A program made the position numbers and the translations under genes. A DNA stretch of 64,000 bases from a virus, in the IMG/VR virus record IMGVR_UViG_3300042894_005670; one strand, written 5' to 3'. The stretch's first letter is position 1. The number at the start of each line of letters is the position of its first letter. A model generated the notes under the pieces. It made no database searches, was not told the origin of the DNA, and saw only the letters and a list, made by a program, of their open reading frames with translations. Positions 27,283-36,361 of this stretch are shown here, one piece after another.

Positions 27283-29728
27283 TCTTTTTACCTTCTAGCA
27301 TATTCTTTTGTGCTTCGTGACCTTCCATATACTCTGCTACATCTTTTATTAGTTCATCAGCACGTGTAATGTGGTCGGAGACCCATCCTGGCAAGCCTTG
27401 TCCTTCACTTCTACCTTTAATTATCTTAGCAAGTGACATTGAACTTTTTACGGTAGATAATAAACTGTTTACTGCCATTGATACTTCATGGTCAGGTTCC
27501 ATATGCTTAGCTTTAACTACATCACCACGCATACGCATTTTACCAGGCATCACTATGAGGTCTTGTTCACTTAAATCAGCTTCCTTCAATGTGTTAGGTA
27601 TAGCACCCGTATTGTTTAAGAAAAACTGATCTGTTACACCTGCTTTAATTTTTAAATCTCGCACTTGCTCTCTATACTCGTTAATTTCTTCCGCAATAGC
27701 ACGACCTAATATTTGACCAATTTGTTCAGGTGTTGCAGGTACATCAGGTCCTGTACCACCAAATTTTGTATTTACTAACCTAGGGAAGTAATTTCTAACA
27801 ACACTAGCTAAACGATTAACTGTTTCACTCGTTAAAGCTTTGTATTGTTGTATATAATTATCATATGAAATATTGTTAGCTAATGCTTTACCACCTGCGG
27901 CTATCGCTGCACCTGCCGCTGCAGCTTTACCTAAACTTCCTAAAAATCCTCTACGTGCAGGATCAGCTTCATTGATACTTTCTTCATCAGAAAATTTTGC
28001 ATCACGTAATGCATCTTCAAAAATTTCATCTAATCCATAAATTGCACTTTCTAATTCATGCTTGGCTTCATAAACACGGCTATTATGATAATTAAAATCA
28101 TCCATGTCTAATGCATAAGCTTTTACTAAATTTTCAATTTCTACCATAATTTCATTTACGGTATTATCGTATGAAATTCCTTTAGTAATTTTTCTAGCTT
28201 GCATTAAGGCACGTTCCAAATCATCTGCACGACCTTCGTTAATGCTTTCGTTCTTAGATTTATTACCCCAATTCTTTGCACCTGCTTTACGACATTTAAC
28301 TAATGCACCACTAGCATATGCACTAGGCCAAATTTTGTAACGACTTTTTACCTTATGGTAGCATGCATCTTTTTTACCTTCAGTAAATAATGCTTCACTG
28401 ACCATTTCACCATTACATTGTGGGCAAATACCCTCTTTGACATAATACTCAAGACTTTCATTCTTAGTCTTGTTGCTTACCATATCAGCCGCACCTTGAC
28501 GTTGTGGGTTTGGATCTTCACGGCGTTTTTTACGTACTGCTGCTGCAATAGCTTTTTTACCACCACTAGCACGTAATGATGCTGCTTTTTCTTTACTTAG
28601 GCATTTTGGTTTACCTTCACCTGCTTTACGTTCTCCACACTTACCAATACGCTCACCTTTAGTATTGTAGCGATCCCATCCACCGCCACCTGCACCACCT
28701 TCACCGCCTTTACCAAACCATGCACGTAAATCTTCGCTTAATTGTTCAGCAATTTCACTTTCACTGAATTCTTTGCCAACTAGTTTATCACCTGTAACAC
28801 CTTGAATTAGTGCCCATGCACGTTGAAATTCTTTTTCTTTAATTAATTGATTTAGGATTTGTTTTTGACGTGGATCTGCCATTTTAAAGAATTTAACCAT
28901 TTCCATTGCACCGATATTACCTTCATAACCTAGTTCCATCAATGCTTCTTCATTAGTATGAGATTGGTATTCATCATAATCCATATACATATCGGTATCA
29001 CGATCATAATACTTACCTTCTTTAGGATCGTAATAAACAATCTTACCTGATTTTAAACGAAATGGTCCTTCTAACCCTTGGTCTGACATATCTGTATAAC
29101 GTTCTTTATCAATTGGAGTTGATATTTTCCAACCTTCCGCCACACCTTGCGTCTCTGGACCATCCATCCAACTCTGCGTTAGTTTAATCATATCTAACGG
29201 AATGCGTTTTTTATCGTGAATTTCCATTGCCTTCAATCTTGCGGATTCTTGTGATGGGAACGGAATGGCATCAAACTTCTTATCTCTAAGAACTTTACCT
29301 TTAACTCTTACATACCAGTTTTCAGAGCCTTCCGCCACACCTTCTTTCCTAATACCAAGTGTACTCGCAGGATTACCTCCACCAAACATACTAGCAAATG
29401 CATCACTTGCTTGTTGTTTAGTATCTGCTTTTTGTTGTTTTTTTACTGATTTTTTACTCGTAACCTTTTTAAGCATTGTTTTAAACTTATCACCATCCGT
29501 TGTTGGATTAGTAGCTTCTGCCACCGTCTTTTTCTTTTTGCTACCTGCCCAATTACCCCACTCTGAAGCACTGCGCTCTACACTATTCATGTATTTTTTA
29601 CCACTATCTGCAGTCTCATCCGTTTTTTCACGTTTTACTGTTTCTTTGAATAATGGTGTGGCAACAGTAGCAACTGAACCTGCTGTCATTTCATTAATTT
29701 TATCTAAGGTTTTACGAATATCTGACAT
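27269..29728 (-). CDS. Modular virion-internal polyprotein (about 10 modules joined by hydrophobic-x-E motifs)
   Basis: INE|M, VAE|A, GVAE|G twice, LME|L, LSE|D, FTE|G, INE|G, INE|A, LKE|A separating unrelated segments; TAAATA upstream. Confidence 0.65.
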   Translation of the reverse strand: MSDIRKTLDKINEMTAGSVATVATPLFKETVKREKTDETADSGKKYMNSVERSASEWGNWAGSKKKKTVAEATNPTTDGDKFKTMLKKVTSKKSVKKQQKADTKQQASDAFASMFGGGNPASTLGIRKEGVAEGSENWYVRVKGKVLRDKKFDAIPFPSQESARLKAMEIHDKKRIPLDMIKLTQSWMDGPETQGVAEGWKISTPIDKERYTDMSDQGLEGPFRLKSGKIVYYDPKEGKYYDRDTDMYMDYDEYQSHTNEEALMELGYEGNIGAMEMVKFFKMADPRQKQILNQLIKEKEFQRAWALIQGVTGDKLVGKEFSESEIAEQLSEDLRAWFGKGGEGGAGGGGWDRYNTKGERIGKCGERKAGEGKPKCLSKEKAASLRASGGKKAIAAAVRKKRREDPNPQRQGAADMVSNKTKNESLEYYVKEGICPQCNGEMVSEALFTEGKKDACYHKVKSRYKIWPSAYASGALVKCRKAGAKNWGNKSKNESINEGRADDLERALMQARKITKGISYDNTVNEIMVEIENLVKAYALDMDDFNYHNSRVYEAKHELESAIYGLDEIFEDALRDAKFSDEESINEADPARRGFLGSLGKAAAAGAAIAAGGKALANNISYDNYIQQYKALTSETVNRLASVVRNYFPRLVNTKFGGTGPDVPATPEQIGQILGRAIAEEINEYREQVRDLKIKAGVTDQFFLNNTGAIPNTLKEADLSEQDLIVMPGKMRMRGDVVKAKHMEPDHEVSMAVNSLLSTVKSSMSLAKIIKGRSEGQGLPGWVSDHITRADELIKDVAEYMEGHEAQKNMLEGKKNVKR
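29133..29343. repeat. Exact 16-bp direct repeat CCTTCCGCCACACCTT (encodes GVAEG on the minus strand) flanking a 65-codon module
   Basis: 29133-29148 and 29328-29343, 195 nt apart. Confidence 0.9.
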
Positions 29729-29772
29729 GATGGAATTCCATAATATCTAGTATTTATTCGCTATGAATTAAT

Positions 29773-31182
29773 TTAGAACTTACCTGATGGCTTTGCTATG
29801 GGTGGTATACCACTACGTTTAATCTTACCTAAACCTAATTTTATAGCATTTTGTCTAATACTATCAGGTTTAATATCAACCGTTAATGCTGTTTTAAATC
29901 TTGGATCGTTTTTTTCTGCTTCACTAGGGATATATCCTGAAGCCTCATTAACATTAAATGTAGGATCAACTTTCTGACGTTTCATTCCTTTGGGTTGGTT
30001 AGGGTCAAGAGGATCAATATCCGTAGTAGATAAACCTGTTGCTTCTAAATCATCAATATATTTGTGTTCAGTATCTTCATCACCAAATGTTAATATGGTG
30101 CTAGGTGGTCCTTTACCAAAATCATGCTTACCTAAACCCTTAAGATTACTAATATGTTGTCCTAACTTATACCAATCATACACATCACTTACATCTACTC
30201 TAACCGTACCTTTTGGCATAGTGGGTTTAAACTCAGGACCAGGTGGGTTTCCGTTAGGGTCATAATCATCACGTAATTTACTATAATGTTTTCTATTTTT
30301 AGCCAAGTTTTTGTATGCCATTTCAGTAGCTAAACTACGCACACTAGTATTTGCCATTTCAAACTTTATACCACGCTTTAATTCACTTATGATATCATTT
30401 CTACTACAACCATGCATCTTTGCTAATTCACTAATAGTATATACAGGTTGTTCAACATTTTTACCAACCTTTTGCTCCATACTCATCTTTTCACTATGTA
30501 TTTCATTATAAGTATCACGCAGACGATGCAATAAACCACTAGTACGGAACGCTTTAAATGCTATATTTTCAGGAGAAAATTCACCTTGTGCATCTAAACC
30601 TGCTTTTCGATATTTTCTAATTGTATCTAGTAAGTCTTCAATCTTGTCTATATCTCTAGCTTGTAGTGCTAATTCAGCTACTTGTGCTAATTTTTCAAAC
30701 TTTAATTGACTTGCTGGTTCGTTGATATCAGCAACACGTTTGGTAGGAAATTTTATCCAACGATCTTTTAGTACACTGTACTCACCACGACTAACAACAG
30801 GATCAGCCGTATCTTGTACGTATAATTCTACTTCATAACCGCCTATAGTAATATCATGTTGCAAATTCCATATGATTTTTTTACTATGAAATAACTCACT
30901 ATAAATTTCATCATTTTTTAATTTCTTAATATCAACTAAAATATGTAAGTCAATATCACTATGTGGCGTATAGGTATATGAAGCATTGCTACCACTTAGT
31001 GTAATATCTTTAACATCTATATTACTTACACCAAGATGCTCCATAAAATCATCTGCAATTTCTAATAACCGATCACGCACAGCAGGAATCATGTGTTCAT
31101 CCCTAAAAATAGCAGGGTTTAACTGATCATGAAACTGTATAGCGTTTGATAATTTAAATTGTTCTAATTCTTTTAAATTCAT
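29773..31182 (-). CDS. Pol-beta-type nucleotidyltransferase fused to further modules (incl. degenerate DUF5661-like)
   Basis: LSGSNASYTYT..SDIDLH, VELYVQ; start MNLKEL after TAAATA. Confidence 0.75.
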   Translation of the reverse strand: MNLKELEQFKLSNAIQFHDQLNPAIFRDEHMIPAVRDRLLEIADDFMEHLGVSNIDVKDITLSGSNASYTYTPHSDIDLHILVDIKKLKNDEIYSELFHSKKIIWNLQHDITIGGYEVELYVQDTADPVVSRGEYSVLKDRWIKFPTKRVADINEPASQLKFEKLAQVAELALQARDIDKIEDLLDTIRKYRKAGLDAQGEFSPENIAFKAFRTSGLLHRLRDTYNEIHSEKMSMEQKVGKNVEQPVYTISELAKMHGCSRNDIISELKRGIKFEMANTSVRSLATEMAYKNLAKNRKHYSKLRDDYDPNGNPPGPEFKPTMPKGTVRVDVSDVYDWYKLGQHISNLKGLGKHDFGKGPPSTILTFGDEDTEHKYIDDLEATGLSTTDIDPLDPNQPKGMKRQKVDPTFNVNEASGYIPSEAEKNDPRFKTALTVDIKPDSIRQNAIKLGLGKIKRSGIPPIAKPSGKF

Positions 31183-31195
31183 AGTTGTATTTAGC

Positions 31196-31229
31196 AAAAA
31201 AACCGTGATAGAATTTCTCCTATCACGGT
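31196..31229 (-). terminator. Intrinsic terminator
   Basis: ACCGTGATAG/CTATCACGGT stem with T7 on the minus strand. Confidence 0.85.
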
Positions 31230-31250
31230 AAGAAGCACAACAAACTAAAT

Positions 31251-32240
31251 TTACTTCTTCTCAGAAGTTTCTTCGGGTTTTTCTAACGCTGCGTGTGTAT
31301 CTAAAGCAGGGTTAACCGTAGTGGGTTTATAAGGAACAGTTTTAACTGTATCATCTATTACGGTAAGCTTACCATTTTGTTCCATGACATTGACAAAGGC
31401 AGGTCCGATATTATTGTACAAGTACTCTTGATTTTCCATACAGAATACATAACTTCCACTGTGACGTAATAATACACGTTTATCAACCCAAATACGTCCA
31501 CCTAAGTCACGCCAATTTTCACACATTGTCCAATCTTCACTATAGTAACGATTTTGACGCACTGCTGTATCAAAAAATGTCGCCAAGTGTTGATCATAAA
31601 TTGGGTCTAAACCAATGTCATTCTTATAAGGTTTAACGGCAGGATGTGATTTCATTTTTTCAAATACATGACGTTTTGTTAGTAAGAAACCTGTACCTGC
31701 TTTTGATACTTCTTGTAGTCCATCAGGACCTTCTTCCGCACCTTCAAATCCATTGACAACCCATTTGATAGGCATTGTTTTCATTGGGTACAACCCACCA
31801 ATAACGTCTTTATCACGATTAAGTAATACCAACAAATGCCATGGTTCCCAACCAATATCAGCATCTACAAAGAATAAATGTGTTGAATCTTTTTGATGAA
31901 GAAATTTTGCAGTTAATGTATTACGTGCACGACTAATCAATGATTCATTAACCATGGTTTCTAATGTCCAATCAATCCCTAACTGACGTGCAGTGTTAGC
32001 GAATTTGATAAAAGACATAAATGTTGATTCAGTTAACATGCCACCATAACATGGCATTGCAATATGTGCTTTTGTTGTTCTTAAATAATCAACATTTACT
32101 TGTACTTGCCCTTGTTGCGGGGCGGCAGCTTTTTTTGCTTCTTCTTCGGAAACAGTACCCCCAATGCTTGCTGATTGGCTTGCTTTATCAGCTAATTCTT
32201 GGACTGCATCTACGGGAATTTTGGCTTGTTCTGTTGTCAT
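31251..32240 (-). CDS. GT-A-fold glycosyltransferase-like protein (paralog of 23717-24418)
   Basis: AMPCYGG, ESLISRARN, FVDADI, GTGFLL.KR.VF, SEDW..C. Confidence 0.75.
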   Translation of the reverse strand: MTTEQAKIPVDAVQELADKASQSASIGGTVSEEEAKKAAAPQQGQVQVNVDYLRTTKAHIAMPCYGGMLTESTFMSFIKFANTARQLGIDWTLETMVNESLISRARNTLTAKFLHQKDSTHLFFVDADIGWEPWHLLVLLNRDKDVIGGLYPMKTMPIKWVVNGFEGAEEGPDGLQEVSKAGTGFLLTKRHVFEKMKSHPAVKPYKNDIGLDPIYDQHLATFFDTAVRQNRYYSEDWTMCENWRDLGGRIWVDKRVLLRHSGSYVFCMENQEYLYNNIGPAFVNVMEQNGKLTVIDDTVKTVPYKPTTVNPALDTHAALEKPEETSEKK

Positions 32241-32292
32241 ACGTATCCTCTAAAATAGATAACGATATTTACACAAAACAACAACGATGAAA

Positions 32293-32472
32293 TTATTTTT
32301 CTTCTAGATAGTCTGCGTTAATGTTTTTGACTGATTCAACTATTTTTTCTTTTTTGTATTGAATCAAACCTTCACGTACTAAACGCAAAAAACGTACTTT
32401 CTGCTCAGGTGTGGCAGTTTTTAAGTAAGGTTTTGTCTCAGCGATTAGTCTAAATAAAGCTTCTTTTTTCAT
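32293..32472 (-). CDS. Hypothetical protein, 59 aa (MKKEALFRLIAETKP...DYLEEK)
   Basis: Manual translation; abuts the upstream gene. Confidence 0.55.
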   Translation of the reverse strand: MKKEALFRLIAETKPYLKTATPEQKVRFLRLVREGLIQYKKEKIVESVKNINADYLEEK

Positions 32473-32473
32473 A

Positions 32474-32812
32474 TTAGTAAGTAATAGAAATATTTATGAT
32501 TCCACTTGTAAAACTAGTTGCTTTACCACGCATCCATATCCAATTACCTGTAATACTTTGTGGGGCAACATTTGAAAAATCAATAGTCAATAAATCTACC
32601 CAATCTTTTTCTGCGCTTGGAGCAGGTACTAGTGAGCCTTGAATATTAACGTTTCCCGTAACCGCCCCTGTATTACTATAGTTTACTGTGGTAACATGTG
32701 TAGGACGTATTAAATACGAAACACCTTGTACTTTATTGCCTGTCCAAGTTCCTGCAATATTAGCACCATTTACTGCATTGGCTAAAACTTCTGTAGTAGA
32801 AACCAATGCCAT
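32474..32812 (-). CDS. Probable small beta-rich virion protein
   Basis: 112 aa, IQGSL...WVDL...GNWIWMR pattern. Confidence 0.5.
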   Translation of the reverse strand: MALVSTTEVLANAVNGANIAGTWTGNKVQGVSYLIRPTHVTTVNYSNTGAVTGNVNIQGSLVPAPSAEKDWVDLLTIDFSNVAPQSITGNWIWMRGKATSFTSGIINISITY

Positions 32813-32979
32813 TATGCACGTTCCACTTCGACAATAACAGCATCGCCAACTAGTTCTTGAACTACTTGCTCTAAAGTTTGTTCAATTTCTACGTTAGCAA
32901 TGCTAGGATGATCTGATTCAGAATCTTTAGTTAACTTACTTAACTTTATAACAATGACTTCTTCGTAAACTTTTGCCAT
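32812..32979 (-). CDS. Hypothetical protein, 55 aa (MAKVYEEVIVIKVSKL...)
   Basis: Manual translation; GGAGG RBS; TAATG coupling. Confidence 0.65.
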   Translation of the reverse strand: MAKVYEEVIVIKLSKLTKDSESDHPSIANVEIEQTLEQVVQELVGDAVIVEVERA

Positions 32980-32999
32980 AAAAGCCTCCTGTTATATAT

Positions 33000-33683
33000 T
33001 TATGCTACTTCAGGAGGTTTTTGTATTGAGTATTCCTTTTTAATACATTCATGAAAAGTCATATAAAACAATGATTGCATATGCTCATCGTCATAATCAA
33101 AAAATAAATCTCCACCAATCCATCGACCATTTTTATTATTTGCATCCCAATGCATATAAAAATTAAAATTAGGAGATGGGAAAAAATGTTTTTTATACTT
33201 TGTAAAAAAATCACGTAATTCAATTAATTCGGTATGAGAATACACCCTTGACTTTAAATAGATACGAAAATTATGCTTTGGGTTTTTATGATATATAATT
33301 TCTTTAGGTCTTGAAAAATTTACAAGTACTTCTTCAACAGTGTTAGGTTGACCTAAAATTTTAGCTAAATCTTCTATAATATCATAGCGTGTTGAATATA
33401 CAGTAATACTATTAACATGTTTTAATGTTTTAATATAATCATCATTTGCTGATTTCCATATAAGAAATTTCTTAATTTCAATTAAGTTTTTAACATAAGC
33501 TTCACGAAGATTAGAACGAAGTAATTCGCTTTGTATTATTTCTAAATCATAATTTCTATGGATACCAATTTGCTTAAGGTCAAAACAAACTTTATATTTG
33601 TACTTGTCATACCATAACCAATGTTGATTTACATTAGGTTGCAGTGTTGTATAGCTAAATCCTGATAATACCATCTGTTCCAA
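33000..33683 (-). CDS. Hypothetical protein
   Basis: 227-aa ORF. Confidence 0.6.
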   Translation of the reverse strand: MEQMVLSGFSYTTLQPNVNQHWLWYDKYKYKVCFDLKQIGIHRNYDLEIIQSELLRSNLREAYVKNLIEIKKFLIWKSANDDYIKTLKHVNSITVYSTRYDIIEDLAKILGQPNTVEEVLVNFSRPKEIIYHKNPKHNFRIYLKSRVYSHTELIELRDFFTKYKKHFFPSPNFNFYMHWDANNKNGRWIGGDLFFDYDDEHMQSLFYMTFHECIKKEYSIQKPPEVA

Positions 33684-35931
33684 TTACCTCATCCTTATCA
33701 ATTGTTTTTTCTGCTGTAAAATTAATTTCATCTCCGTTTAGTATAACGTGAACATTAGAATCTTTTAATTTTTCAAATAAAATCTTTTTACTTAACGGTA
33801 CTCTGATAAGTTCATCAATCTTACGAGCAAGTGGACGTGCACCCATTTTATCGTCATAACCAACTTTAGCTAAGTGCTCAACTGCTTGCTCACTAATCGT
33901 TAAATTAATCTTGTGCTGTTTAAGTAATTGTGCTTTTAACTCATTAACAAATTTAATAACAATTTTCTTAATGGCTAACATGTCTAACTTACTAAACTTA
34001 CATACTAAATCAATACGATTACGCAGTTCAGGTTTGAAAAACTCTTTAAATGCTCGGTCATCTTCACCTACTTTTTGTGTTGACCCAAAACCAATGTTTG
34101 ATTTTTCACTATCTCTAGCACCTAAATTACTAGTCATAATAATGATTGTGTTTTTAGCATCTACCGTTTTACCATTAGTGCTAGATATTCTACCCTCATC
34201 CAATAATTGTAAGAATAAGTTATACACATCAGGGTGTGCTTTTTCAACCTCATCAAACAATAATATAGCGTATGGGTTTTTACTTAGATCATTGATAATT
34301 TTTCCACCACCAAGATTACCTTCACCATAGCCGACATAGCCTGGGGGCGCACCAATCAAAGCAGCTACGCTATGTTTTTCTTGATATTCACTCATATCAT
34401 AACGTAGCAATGGCATGCTTAAATGTTCGCTTAATAATCGAGCAGTTTCAGTCTTACCGCTGCCTGTTGGTCCTAAGAATAAGAAACTTGCCATAGGTTT
34501 CTTTTCATTAGAAATACCCGCAAAGCTAACATATATTCTATCTAAAATTTTCTCTAATGTAGCATCTTGCCCATAGAGTTTTTGTTTAATATTTTGATCT
34601 AAGTTAGTCATTTTTTCTGATGAATCATTAGTAAGTTTGTCCGCAGAAACGTTACACATTCTAGTGACTTGTTCTTTAATACTATTTTCATCAATAATTG
34701 CACCAACATTGTTTGCAGCACGTTGTTTAGCACATGCTGCATCGAGTAAATCAATGGACTTATCAGGATTTTTTCTATCATGAATATATCTTGCGCTCAT
34801 AGTGACTGCCTCAGTAATAGCATTAGGCATAATTTTTACACCATGAAATGACTCAAGACGTTCACTTAATCCTGTCAAAATGTCAATAGTAGTTGCATTT
34901 GTTGGCTCATCAATAGAAACACGGTAAAATCGACGCATTAAAGCACGATCTTTTTCAAATGATTCGTAGTATTCTTCCCACGTGGTACTAGCAATTACCT
35001 TCAAGTTACCTTTTGTAATTGCAGGTTTAATCATATTGGCAAAGTCTACACTGCCACCACTACCATTTCCACTACCACGCATAGTGTGTGCTTCATCTAT
35101 GAATAAGATAGCTTTAGGTTTGGTTGCTAATGCTTCTAAAACGTGTTTAACTTTTTCCTCAAAATCACCACGATACTTACTACCTGCAAGTAGTGATCCA
35201 ATTTCTAATGAATATACTTCATGGTCAAACAAAAATGGTGGTACATTTTTGTCAAGAATTTTTTGTGCTAAACCTTCAGCAAGGACGGTTTTTCCAACGC
35301 CTGGGTCGCCAACAAGTAATACATTAGATTTGAAACGTTTAGCTAATACATTGACAATATCATTAACTTCACTTTCACGCCCAATCAATGGCTCAATTTT
35401 ATTACGTTTGGCTAACTCAGTTAAACTAATCGTAAACTCATCTAATACTTCATTAGCTTGTTGCTCAGTCATTTTTCCACTCTTACTACTTTTGTGTGCT
35501 TTATTCCAATAAGCAATAAATTCATTCCGTGTTACGCCCCATTTCAATAAGAAATAATGTGCATGGCTGTTAGTTTCCTGTAAAATTGAAATATATATGT
35601 CTATTAGTTCAATTTGTCTGCGTCCTGTGAATAATACTTGTGTTACTGCACGATTAAAAACACGCTCAAGTGAATGAGTTTTCTTTGGTGCTACAGGAGT
35701 ACCATCTTCATTTGGAGACACTTTTAAATTATTGACTGAATCTAAATATTCATCAACTTCTTGAATAAGTTGTACTGTATCGACACCAAATTCATCTAGA
35801 TGTTCCCTAAATGATTCAAAGGTAATCAAACTTAACAAAGCATGTTCTAATGTTACATAACCATGATATCTGCTTTTTGCAATCTCAATGGCATGCTCAA
35901 TTAATTTTTCAATTTCAGGGTTGTTTATCAT
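33655..35931 (-). CDS. clpA: ClpA-type Hsp100 ATPase
   Basis: Clp N domain, GDPGVGKT, GSKYRGDFE, FIDEAH, GPTGSGKT, GAPPGYVGY, FDEVEKAH, IGF loop, GARPL. Confidence 0.93.
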   Translation of the reverse strand: MINNPEIEKLIEHAIEIAKSRYHGYVTLEHALLSLITFESFREHLDEFGVDTVQLIQEVDEYLDSVNNLKVSPNEDGTPVAPKKTHSLERVFNRAVTQVLFTGRRQIELIDIYISILQETNSHAHYFLLKWGVTRNEFIAYWNKAHKSSKSGKMTEQQANEVLDEFTISLTELAKRNKIEPLIGRESEVNDIVNVLAKRFKSNVLLVGDPGVGKTVLAEGLAQKILDKNVPPFLFDHEVYSLEIGSLLAGSKYRGDFEEKVKHVLEALATKPKAILFIDEAHTMRGSGNGSGGSVDFANMIKPAITKGNLKVIASTTWEEYYESFEKDRALMRRFYRVSIDEPTNATTIDILTGLSERLESFHGVKIMPNAITEAVTMSARYIHDRKNPDKSIDLLDAACAKQRAANNVGAIIDENSIKEQVTRMCNVSADKLTNDSSEKMTNLDQNIKQKLYGQDATLEKILDRIYVSFAGISNEKKPMASFLFLGPTGSGKTETARLLSEHLSMPLLRYDMSEYQEKHSVAALIGAPPGYVGYGEGNLGGGKIINDLSKNPYAILLFDEVEKAHPDVYNLFLQLLDEGRISSTNGKTVDAKNTIIIMTSNLGARDSEKSNIGFGSTQKVGEDDRAFKEFFKPELRNRIDLVCKFSKLDMLAIKKIVIKFVNELKAQLLKQHKINLTISEQAVEHLAKVGYDDKMGARPLARKIDELIRVPLSKKILFEKLKDSNVHVILNGDEINFTAEKTIDKDEVIGTDGIIRI

Positions 35932-36361
35932 ATTGTTTTTCCAATTTTCTATCCATCATAGTAATACCATCTAAATGATCCACTTCATGTTGTATAACAC
36001 GTGCTTCTAACCCACTAAATGTTTCAACAAACATGTTACCATTTGCGTCATTGTAAGATAGCACAATAGTTTCAGGTCTGTCAAGTTCCACTGATTCATT
36101 AGGATAGCTTAAACATCCTTCAAGATAAGGTGTACTACCTTGTGCATCTTGAATCATAGGATTAAAAAAAGCTTTTTCATTATTATCTACTGCCATAACA
36201 AAAACCCTACTGCGTAATCCAACTTGATTAGCAGCAAGTCCAATACCACCACTTTCATGCATAAATTTTAACAACTGCTTAGCTAATAATTCGTTTTGTA
36301 TGGGGTATTTGAAATCAACAGGTTTAGTTTTTTGATATAATGTTCTTTTAGTTAGCTTCAT
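35915..36361 (-). CDS. def: Peptide deformylase
   Basis: [24 protein letters not shown]. Confidence 0.95.
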   Translation of the reverse strand: MKLTKRTLYQKTKPVDFKYPIQNELLAKQLLKFMHESGGIGLAANQVGLRSRVFVMAVDNNEKAFFNPMIQDAQGSTPYLEGCLSYPNESVELDRPETIVLSYNDANGNMFVETFSGLEARVIQHEVDHLDGITMMDRKLEKQYDKQP

